64,000 nt of DNA from the human T2T-CHM13v2.0 reference genome, Homo sapiens. The translations under genes and the position numbers were made by a program. The notes under the pieces were generated by a model. That model worked only from the letters and a program-made list of their open reading frames with translations, did no database searches and had not been told where the DNA came from. Below are positions 49,844 through 60,904 of the stretch, piece after piece. Location of the stretch: the NCBI RefSeq assembly GCF_009914755.1, contig NC_060932.1. One strand, given 5' to 3'. Position 1 is the first letter of the stretch. Each line of letters begins with the position of its first letter.

Positions 49844-51478
49844 GGATTAACTCAGTCTCCTAACACTAGTCTCCCAGGCAGTATAACACTGACTGGAGAC
49901 TGAATCTCTGCTTCATAACGTCATTACTATGTGATTTAGGCACATCAATTATTTCTACAAGCCTAATTCTCTCATCTGTAATGGTAATCCATTAAAGCTT
50001 GCCCAAAAAAAGGCTAGTTACTGACACGTTTATTATGTCCACATGATTTACAAAATTATCAGAACACCAAACTCTTAAGAGCAAAATGAACATTTTCCAG
50101 CGTCCAAAAGCACAGCATCGGCTACTTCAATATTAGCACACGATACTATCACCAACATGATAGTCGCAAACAAAAATAAAAAAAAATTAAGGAAAGTCAC
50201 ATTTGGGTAAGGTTCATTGTGTGTGTGCTTTTCGAAGTTTCCTATTCAGGCAGGACAGATACATAAGCTCTAAGATAATATCAGTAAGTGAAAGGTAACA
50301 GCCCCAAATATATGAGGCATTTAGCCTGCTTCCAATGTGTAGCCCTATTTTACAAGGTTAAATTAAAGTGCTGAGGTCAAGCATTTACTCAGATACCTGA
50401 ACATTCAATAATCCAGCACAAAGAACAACTACACATCACTCAACGCTTAATTGCTGAAAAGGGAAACTGTCTTCAGCCTATGTCTTCAAGAAGACGTGTG
50501 GGGAACGTATTATGCTTTCTATGTGTTATCCTTTACCTACACAGATCATCAAGGAGAACTTCCCCAAAGCTTGTGAAGGGACAGGCTTCATAGCCCCTCA
50601 TTCATTCAGGCCCCAACTAAGTTCTGCAAGAGGATCTAAGAGACCGTGCATCCAATCCTATGTTAGAGGAATTTTGCAAAAATAATAATAATAATAATAA
50701 TAAGATTACTCTACGTAAAACCAGTTAAATCTGTTCTCTCCCCACTCCTACTTTCACTCTGGTGCACGTCAGTACTGTTGCTTGGCACGTCGTGGGATTT
50801 TTGGAGACTGGGTTCAAGGTGAATTAAGTAGGCACTTATTTGAGTACATTTAGGCAGGTTTTTTTTTTTTTTTTTTTTGCCATTTCTGTGCATTATGAAG
50901 TTATTGCTAGCCATCGTAGGACAATTTGGACAGTCTTCTACGTGAACTCAGGTGAGCCATGACGCCCAAGTGCAGGTTCTGAGAATGTGTTCCACGGGCC
51001 AGACACAGAGCAGGTGAGTGGAGAGGATGGCAAGCGTTGATGTGGACAGAGCAAGAGGCCTCTCTGTGAAATTAACTTGAAGGAAGTTTTCTCAAGTCTG
51101 ACCACAGTGATAAAAAAAAAAATATGACATAACAATCATGGTTCAGTTTTCACACTGAAAATAACTTGTCAATAATAGTGATATGGATTAAACAAGTTTG
51201 ACCAAGTATGCTGGAGAAATGCTGGAATTAGCTTTCTATTATCTCTGCAAAAAACATGACAAAATCATCCTCACACAAAAAGGTAATCAAAGAGTCTTTA
51301 GCCAAAGCTGCAGTGAAAAAACATGTTCCCAGGGCACGTCAGAAATAAAGTGACTAGAAACCTCTTAAAACACATTTTTTCTTCTTCTTATATTTGTAAT
51401 ATTTTAGCCTATAAAACAAGTAATTTGTGATTTCTTATTGTAAAGAAAAATTTTATGTCCCAAACTAATAATATTCAC

Positions 51479-51483
<5 letters not shown>

Positions 51484-51526
<43 letters not shown>
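51484..51526. repeat. Uninterrupted (TA)21 microsatellite
   Basis: Direct reading of the sequence. Confidence 0.95.
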
Positions 51527-51530
<4 letters not shown>

Positions 51531-51725
51531 TTTTTTCTTAGAGGGTCATCAAAATTGTATGACCTTGAAGCTTAACAAAATCTGGATCAACTCCTGAAAC
51601 CAATGAGGACAGTATGATAGCTTTTGCAAAGGATAAAGCAAAAGCAAAACCAGAACATTTATTACAATTTTTGTTTTACAAATTAAATTTATAAATATTA
51701 TGAAACCAAAGGCAAACGCCACTGC

Positions 51726-52485
51726 TCTACTTCCTCTGCACCTGTCTAGCTCCAGTCCCATCTCCACCATTGGAATCTACTTACTGTGCATGGTGTCTTG
51801 CTCTCAGTTAGGAGAGGTAGTCAAGGAAATGGGCATGTCCTCAAAACACAACAACCGCAGCAACCGTGGTAACAATACAGCCATCACAATAAGCATTAAC
51901 ATTCGCTTTGTAATTGAGCTCATTCAAGAAAGCTATCTTCAGTAAGGAATTTCCCCTATAGAGAGCATGCACACTTTGATTTTACCTGTTGCCAGACTGA
52001 CCCTTTGTTCATTAAAATAGTAAAAAACACACCCCTGGTTGGAGATTTAAGATGTTAATGAGACATGCAATTCATGAGCAAGCATGTACAGTTACCGCAC
52101 GTGTGCACCCAGAGGACCACCCAGAACTTGCTTACTGGCAACACCTCTTCCCATCTCCTTATGAATAATAATGTAAAACTCCCATAAAGGGAGTCTCCAT
52201 AGTGCTGGTCATTGCTGCCACATCCTCACAAGCAGCAAGCCGTTAATTGTCTCTTTCACGGTGTTCCGTCTATTCTGCACCTCACTTAAAAATATTCTTT
52301 TTCCTTTGCAAAAACTACTCTATGCTACACTTCTTTTGCTGTGTGTCTTTTGTTTGAATTGTTCTAAACCCAGAAGACAAGAACGCAGGTATCACAACAG
52401 CTGTCAACATCTGCAGTCCCATCTCCACACTGTAATCTACTTCCTGTGCACCTGTCTCGCTCCAGTCTCATCTTCACCACTGAAA
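51726..52485. repeat. Three-copy ~50-bp tandem repeat split by an LTR
   Basis: The unit TCTACTTCCT(C/G)TGCACCTGTCT(A/C)GCTCCAGTC(C/T)CATCT(C/T)CACCA(T/C)TG(G/A)AA occurs at 51726-51775, at 51776-51805 + 52410-52435, and at 52436-52485. Confidence 0.8.
51806..52409 (+). mobile_element. ERV1-class solo LTR (family not confidently named)
   Basis: ~600 bp, (A)GTT...AACA termini, 4-bp TSD-like TCTC/TCTG. GAGCTCATTCAAG..AGCTATCTTCAGT..GGAATTTCCCC and GCACCCAGAGGACCACCCAGAAC match a recalled primate ERV1 LTR consensus. Confidence 0.75.
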
Positions 52486-54607
52486 GCTTTGCTCTGGATT
52501 TTTTCTATCACGAGGATTAAATGGGTGTTGCAACTCAAGGGGAGACACATCCTTCATGGCTTAGACATTTCCAAAGACCAGCATAATTTTACGTTTTTTC
52601 AAGTAAAAGAAAATAATCTTGAATTATCTTGAGACCTCAAATATAGAACTACAAGTAGTTTTAACATTTGCCAAATTAAAAAAAAATAATCCTATGATAG
52701 ATTCCTCAAAAGTGTACCTAAAATAGATTTCTACATCCTATTGATTTGTTGTCTGTATGGGGCTATTTACAGAAAATAAATGCTCAGTGCTAAGGCTAAA
52801 CAAGACTTCACTATTAACCTAACAAGAGAGTCTAATTGAAAAGTTCATTGATCCTTTTTCCTGCCTCCAACTATATGAATTAGTTTCTTGATTAACTAGA
52901 ATTACTAAGGAAGTGTCTCTGCTTCCACATGTCAATTAGAAGTGCATAGGGCTGTTAAATATTTAGGTGCTCTAATTCAAATTCACTGACAAGGGTTTGC
53001 TCTGGCTCTATTCTAAAGGAACATTATTTTCACACCTGTCTTATAAATCCTATAAAATTACAGTGGGTTCCTAGTATTCAACACTGTACCATACAGATGA
53101 CAATTTCCAATATGATGAATAGGGTAATTAGAAGAGTCAATCATGAATCTCCCATTTGGTATGAAAGCAGCTTAGTGGAGGCCATTTGTGAGGTATTTAT
53201 TATTTGAATGGTATAGGTGGAGTACAGCCAGTGGTCATTATAATTAAACATTCAAGGACTTCTTAACGTATTGATTAAATGTGATTCATGAATCACCTAG
53301 ACATTGGCTTTATCTCCAAATCACTAATTCAGAGACACCAACAAAGTTTCCTGTTACTAAGAAAATGGATTTAATTAAAATAATTAGTGTTTAAAATGAT
53401 CACTGTGCTTACAACAACAAAGAGATGGTCTACTGCTTTCTATTTAAATTATGTAAAGTAAACCTATCTATGTTTATTAACATAGATTCATGTTTGGAGT
53501 TACAACTGAGACAATTTATAACACAAGGGAAATATTTTATATATTAAATGAAATACTGTGTGATTGTGGGTTTCTGTGGCCCTATTAACACAACAGTGTC
53601 AATCCACAATGTTTAAATCTTAGCAGACAGAAAAGAAAAAATCAGTATTATTAGGCCTATTATCAATTTAAGTGTATCTATCCTTAGGGAATAAATATGA
53701 TCCTAAAAGGATATAAGCACATGAAATAAGCATATATGGATTTACCTTTCTAATGCCCATATATGTACCATTTAGTAAAGTCTCAAAAAGGGAAGAATCC
53801 TATCCTAAATAATTACTATATTTGAGACACACATATTTATAATCCAAGTATTTGTATTTAGTTCCTAACTTGTCAATTTATTTGCTTGTTCTTTCACTTA
53901 TTTATTCATTCCTAATTCAGTCATTTAAGAAATATTTCCTACGGTCATAACTCTTCACACTCCAGTTGTACCTGCAGTGTGAGCCACAGCTCTGACCTCG
54001 CTTGTTCCCTTCCAGACAAGTCGGATGGGAATAGTCAGGTTAACCTCATCCCCTGAAACTCTGTATGCACACTCAGGTGGGAGAGGCACCAACCAATAGG
54101 CACTTTAGGTCCCACTTGTAAAAGATAGTCCTGTTAACCTCCCCTATTACTGTAAATCATTCAGTGCAGTGTGGTTTCTTCCAGAAAAAGAAAGGAAGAA
54201 ATGACTGCGGAGCGCTGGACTCATGTAGCTGCTGATTTCCATTTACACCTCTGATGGTAACTTCCTGATGGGCCCATTCTTGGGGCTTGAGTAACAAGCC
54301 CAATTTGATTCAGTCAATGTAATGATTAAGACACAACAAAAACATGATCTAGAGCCCTGTGACAAACATCTTCCAATTCTATAGCCTGGTTGCTGTCACC
54401 AAAATTTCTCAAAACAGTCCTTCCAGAACTTGTATCTGTCTATGAGTGACATCGCCTTGGGAAAAATGCATAAATGTATTTCCAGATTTCCATATACTCA
54501 CTTTGCTGAATTAGCAAAACATTAAGACTAATAGTCCAAACAGATGTTAACAACAGTGATTAATCTTCACATGGAAAATGCTACATGTAATGTCTCCAAA
54601 ACGTTGA

Positions 54608-54899
<292 letters not shown>

Positions 54900-57254
54900 C
54901 TGAATATGTTTTTTTTAATTAAGAAATATACGTAAACAGCAAGTATATTGTCTGAGAGTCTGAATTGATGGTCTGATTGTGACATCAAGTTTGAACCAAA
55001 AATAAATGTCAGGAAAAAAATTTTAAAAAGCGCTTGTCTATCACCTAATTCTATTTGATGTTTGGTTCTCCAATAACAACCTCTATCTCACAAATCATGT
55101 CATCAATACCCCTAATGAAATCTGCTTAACATGACATCCTAGATAGCAATTCTAGTTTTCCATTTCTCTTGAGCAACTTACTTGCTCCCTGGATCTAATT
55201 TTTGTCTTTTATTAAGGGAAATTATTGTACTGGAAGTTTCCGAATGTTCCTTTCAATACTGGATGTATTCATGACAGCACTGAAATCACAGAGACCCAGT
55301 GTTTTTAAAACAGGAGTCTGAATTTCAACGAGACAAGGGTTAGTAGCACAATGGTGTCAAGAAGTTATCAAAACAAAGGAGTGAGATGACACAGCCTACC
55401 CTTTCTACAGAGACAACGGTCATAGTGTGACTAGCAATTTTAATTATCTACACTTAAGAGCTGTGTGCAGGAGCAGTCAAATACTTGGGTCAGGTTTCTC
55501 TTATAAGCAGTGTGCTCTAACAGTGATTCCTACATTTGAATACGTGTGGGCCAATTATAAAACAAAATGTTTCTCAAAGACCTGTTATTAACTTTTAATT
55601 CAATTTATGATCTTAAAGTCATGCATATATAAACTAAATTTTTATTTATGATCTTAAAGTCATGCATAAACTTGGAATGCTTAAAGCCTGTGTACACTAT
55701 AAGTTATATAAATAAATGCATACAAAACTACCTCAGTAAAAAAAAAAAGGCTATGCATTTTAAGTAACCCTAAACTGCAACTCAAAATGGACTGCTGTAA
55801 CACAAATTATCACCATAATCGTTAATAATAGAATTATTATTATCAACTTCCTTTATCATGCCCATAATCCCGTGAGGAAGCCCTATTAAAGTTACTGCAA
55901 AAGCCTCCTCCATGAAACATTCTGTGATATCATTTGCTTTCCTTTGGCCCAGATGGGCTATTTGCTTCGTAAGTTCATCTCCATCTTTTTTCTCATTAGC
56001 CTGAGGATATTAAAGTGCTGCTTCTTATAGCCTATGGAATCTTGGCCACAGAACAAGTAAGGTGGCCATGTGGATGATACAGTGTATGTTTAGATATAGT
56101 TATATAATCACCAAATGAAGACACAAAATCAAAATCTAGTCACGGAGAACTGGAGAGCTCCTAGGAGGTGCCCAGATCCCCAGTTTGACAATGCTATTCT
56201 TACCACCTAAATTATGTACTTACAAACAAGGTATGGAGGGAAATATATTACAATCGCCCTGACACCCAATTTCTCACCATATAGCAGAGTTTCTACCAGC
56301 TGAGTCAAAGTGGAGTCAACTATAAGCCATCAATCCCTGCAAGCCATCCAGCAACAAGCTTATGAGTATGGAAAATTCCCCTACATATTGAGAAAATAAA
56401 AATAGCTCAGATAAAACTACTGCAAGAAGCATGAATACAACCAAAAAAAACCCAACATTTGAACAATTCAAGGACAACTACTCTGATGTTATGTGAGCTA
56501 TGTGTGTAGTAAACTCTCTGTTATATGGCATGATCTGTTATGGGGAGAAAGAAAAGTTACTAATCAAGTGCCATTATAAAGTGTTAAAGTTTGTGTGACA
56601 TGTCATCAAGTAAGTTGAATAATATTATGGATGTCGCATCATAATTGTACAAAACCTACTGTTCCAGAGAATACCTGAGAGTCTGTCATATCTTTGGGTT
56701 GTCACAATAAACATAAATCTATCCTGTAATGGAATATGAAGATAGAAAAAAGATTTGCCTGGGGACTGAATGTTTACTAAATCAAAGGTGCACCTATCAC
56801 TCATTTTGAATCCACATGCAGACCTGGTATTTGTTGGTTTGTTTCTCATTCAGAGTTCAGAATGGACAGGTGTAGGAATTCCTGAGCAGAAAATCCTACT
56901 TTTCTGCTATTGAACCACTGTATATATATTTGAGGAAGACCTTCTCTAAAACATTAACATCTTCCCTAAATTTAATTAATAAATCATCAATTATTTATTG
57001 ATTTCTCAGGACATAGCTGATAGCCCCAATACTCTGTTGGTCCCCTTAGGGGTTACAGTCATTTTAAACTGTAGTGACTCTATTCAAGAACCTCTGCCCT
57101 CAAAAATTTTATGGGAAAAATAAAAAACAAATGGGACCATACAGTACATATTTCAGTGCTAAAATATGTGCTAGAAGCCACAAAGGTCGTACGCGTCCAG
57201 GAAAAGAAAACAATTGAGGTCAATAAAATGAGGAATAAATAGAGAAGGGTTCAT

Positions 57255-57965
57255 CTCTAGTTTTAATGCATAAGTACTGACTGGCACCATGTTAGGTAAC
57301 AAGGACACAAAGATTGCCAGTACTGTCAAAGGTGCTTACGGCCTAGGACAGGAGGCCAATCAACAATGAACACAGGACGGACAAGAGCACAGGAAAGTTG
57401 GCACCAGTGTGGGCAGCCAAGGGAAAGGAGCTCCCCGCCCTGCTAAGAAATGGCACTTTCAAGTACGCTTTGCAAAAGAGGTGCTACTTCAGAGCAGGTG
57501 TGAGTTTGCTGGACAGATTCTCCGCCCTGGCACAAAGAGTGACTGAACATGACCCATATGGGTATGCTGATTACTTCAACATGTTGGCCACAGGGATTGT
57601 ACGTGGGGAGATGGGGTGGTATTGATCCAACCGCAGAGGTGGGTAGAAACTAGACCTGGAAGGACCCTCATTTTGGATGCTGTCATAAGGAAGTGGAAAA
57701 ACATCTAAGGACATTAAAAAGAAGGTTGTTGTTGTAAAATTTCTGTTTCTCAAGGATCAATATAGCTCCAACATAAGTATGTAGTGAGAGGAAAAGGTTT
57801 TGGAGGCTGAGAAACTAGACAAGAAGGTGGCTTTTGTTATAATCTGGGCTAAATATGACAAATAACTGAGCAACTGTCCTGGTAGGCTGGCTGAGGTTAG
57901 CAGTTGGAAGGGCTGTATGACCAGCTTTCAGGGCACAGTTTTGACCTGACTGGAAGGTGACAGTG
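57255..57965 (-). mobile_element. L2 fragments
   Basis: TGGCACCATGTTAGGTAACAAGGACACAAAGAT...GGTGCTTACGGCCTAG and TGGAGGCTGAGAAACTAG...AATCTGGGCTAAATATGA are antisense L2. Confidence 0.65.
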
Positions 57966-58154
57966 GATAGCACCCTTCAGTATGACCCTACCACAGGTAC
58001 TGTGTCCTGAAAATGTCCATTTCTTCAGTTCCTTTACTCCAAACCCTGAGCTTAAGAACTTGCTTAAAACATGTCTTTAATGTGTAAAATATTTATAACT
58101 TAATTCCCATGGGAAGGGTAGTTGCTCTCCACTGGGCTTGTTGAGCTGCAGCTA

Positions 58155-58978
58155 CAGCTGGTTGACAATGCAGCTGGGTGACACTAGCTAGGTGACACTG
58201 CAGCTGGCCGATGCTGTAGCTGGGTAACACTAGCTGGGTGACAGTGCAGCTGTGTGATGGTGCAGCTGGTTGGCACTGTAGCTGGGTGACACTGCAGCTG
58301 GGTGACAGTGCAGCTAGATGACACCACAGCTGGGTGACAGTGTAGCTGGGTAACAGTGCAGCTCGGTGACAGTGGAGCTGGGTGACAGTGTTAACAGTGG
58401 AGCTGGGTAACAGGGCAGCTGGGTGACAGCACAGCTGCATGACAGTGCAGCTGCGTGACACTGTAGCTGGGTGACAGTGCAGCTGGATGACACTACAGCT
58501 GGGTGACAGTGTAGCTGGTTGACAGCACAGCTGTGTGACAGTGCAGCTGGGTGACAGTATAGGTGGGTGACAGGGCAGCTGGGTGACAGTGTAGCTGGGT
58601 GACAGCACAGCTGCATAACAGTGCAGCTGGGTGACACTGTACCTGGTTGACAGTGTAGCTGGGTGACAGTAGAGCTGGATGACACTACAGCTGGGTGACA
58701 GTGAAGCTAGGTGACAGTGCAGATGGGTGATACTGTAGCTGGATGACACTCTAGCTGGGTGACAGTGTAGCTGGGTGACACTAAGTTGGGTGACAGTGCA
58801 GCTAGATGACACTGTAGCTGAGTGACAGTGTAGCTAGGTGACAGTGTAGCTTGGTGGCCCTGAAGCTGGATGACTGTGTAGCTGGGTGACACTATAGCTA
58901 GCTGCCACCGCAACTGGGTGACAGTACAGCTGGGTGACACTGTAGCTGGGTGACACAGCAGCTGGTTGACACTGCAGC
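58155..58978. repeat. 16-bp minisatellite, ~51 diverged copies, consensus GCTGGGTGACA(G/C)TG(C/T)A
   Basis: Parsed by hand into 51 units (mostly 16 nt; two of 14 nt, two of 15 nt) plus one partial unit. Confidence 0.97.
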
Positions 58979-60567
58979 CTTCTGTTCCAGAGCTTGCTCT
59001 TCTCATTTCCGAGCATTACTTTTTCAGCCAGCTGCATGCCGTGCTCAGGCGTTTGCTTGATCTGAGTCCTCGTGCATCCAAACACTATGGATTATTAAAT
59101 ACAAGAAGGTCTACAAAGGACAGAACAGAGCCTGAAACTTTATGATTTTTCATTATTGCTAGCTGTCATAGTGTTATCATTATTGACATTACTTTGGTAA
59201 TAAGATGGCTTTTAATAACGATTTTGTAGTAAAGAAATAATTTATAACCTGGAGTCCAAGGTTAATGTGTGTATACTTTTGGGGGAGGGTCATGAATGTA
59301 CTGATAACCGTGGAGAAATAGTATATCCTCAGCATGCAAAAGCAGAGAATTTATTGATCATTCTTCCTGGCCAATAGTATTTTTATTTCAAATGCTTAGT
59401 AATGTTCTTTTCCAGTTGTACTGAGGTTTCTTTGATTTTTCCACTTTTTCCCTTTTTCTTTCTGCATCAGTGACACTCTTGCTAGCTTCAACCCAATCTC
59501 CAATTTAATTTTTTTCAAAGTGTGTTGATTGGAAGTGAAGATGGGCATATTTCAGTAAACCTTCATCTTCCCTGAAATCCGTGCTGATGCATTTTTTGGT
59601 CTTACTCTAATGACTTCAAATTATTTTCCACTTGATAGATCTCACACATGCATTGTCAGTTCTGAACCAAGGGAGCCACGCTTTGGAACATGTACACCAA
59701 CCTGCCGATCACGTTTGCTCATAAAGTAGAGTCCTCATTCGGAGAGCCTTGGGGCTCAGATCTTTTGATAGTTTCTCTGAAAACCACCGAAGTAAAACAG
59801 TATCTGGCTCCTCCAATTTATGTTCACAGAATGTACTTCTGTTTAACAACTTTATTAGATTTTGAAATGGCAAAGAATGGAACAACTGTCTTTATGTAGG
59901 CTTAACGCTTTTCGATGTGACAAGCCAACATAATTTCTGGCGTCAAAGTGTGGTTTATTAAGCTCTTGGGGTGTTCACAAGTATTCTTTGTTTGCATCCT
60001 GATATTACCATGGTTTTATTATACTGTACTCTTCTCTAGTGCTTTTCCCATTAGATCATTTTAGATCTCATGCCATGATGTGTGACTATGAACAAGAGGA
60101 CCAGACATGTATTTCAGTGCTTAGTATTGGCTTTAAATGGCTGTTTCTCTTATTCTTTCCCTCCTTTTCCTCTTACTCTATTCCATTTATTATACGTTGT
60201 TCTTCTTTTGCAATGATTTGTACAGATTGTTGCCAGATTCCTATTTGTCTTGAAAACCAGCCTGAACACATTGCTAAGCCTTAATATGACAGAAGTAACA
60301 CAACAATCTTCAAGCACTGTAGCAACATTGCTACTAATAAAATGGAGAATCTCACTTCTGATACTTCAGCATTTTCTATGATTTTCAGCCCATTGACCAC
60401 CTCCCAACCCACATTCTAGGGTCCATTGATTAAGTCATGCCCTCACCCATTACTGTCAAATCCTGTTACTCCAACTATTACCCAGTAAGGAGTTTTTTGT
60501 TTCAAATCTTGGCTTTTCTGTTTACAAAAACATGTGATCTGAGGCAAATTGTTGGATCTTCCTAAGG

Positions 60568-60904
60568 CAGCAGTCCCCATCTTTTTTGCTACCAGGGACC
60601 AATTTCATGAAAGACATTTTTTTTTCCATGGACTCAAGTGGCAGGGGATAGTTTGGGATGAAACTTCCACCTGAGATCATCAGCCATTAGATTCTCACAA
60701 GGAGCTCACAACCTACATCCATTGCATGCTCAGTTCACAGTAGGGTTCACGATCCTATGAAAATCTAATGTCGCCGCCGATCTGAGAGGAGGCAGAGCTC
60801 AGGGGTAATTCTTGCTCATTGCCACTCATCTCCTGCTGGGCATCCTGGTTCTTAACAGGCTGTGGACTGGTACCAGTCCATGGCCCCGGGATTAGAGACC
60901 CCTG
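60568..60904 (+). mobile_element. MER1B (hAT-Charlie), full length, inserted in a MIR (~60500-61025)
   Basis: CAGCAGTCCCCATCTTTTTTGCTACCAGGGACC...AGATCATCAGCCATTAGATTCTCA...GAGACCCCTG. Length 337 bp. Confidence 0.92.

Noticed and set aside
58155-58978. CRISPR-like reading (constant 11-mer plus variable 5-mer)
   Set aside because: The variable positions are point variants of one consensus, not unique spacers. The context is eukaryotic and there are no cas genes.
58093-59085. Overlapping minus-strand ORFs (up to 239 aa) with TQLHCHPA/LSPSCTV repeats
   Set aside because: These are a by-product of a stop-poor 16-bp repeat (3 units give a 16-aa period cycling through all frames). The same peptide appears in every frame, with frame-breaking 14/15-nt units and no splice or Kozak support.
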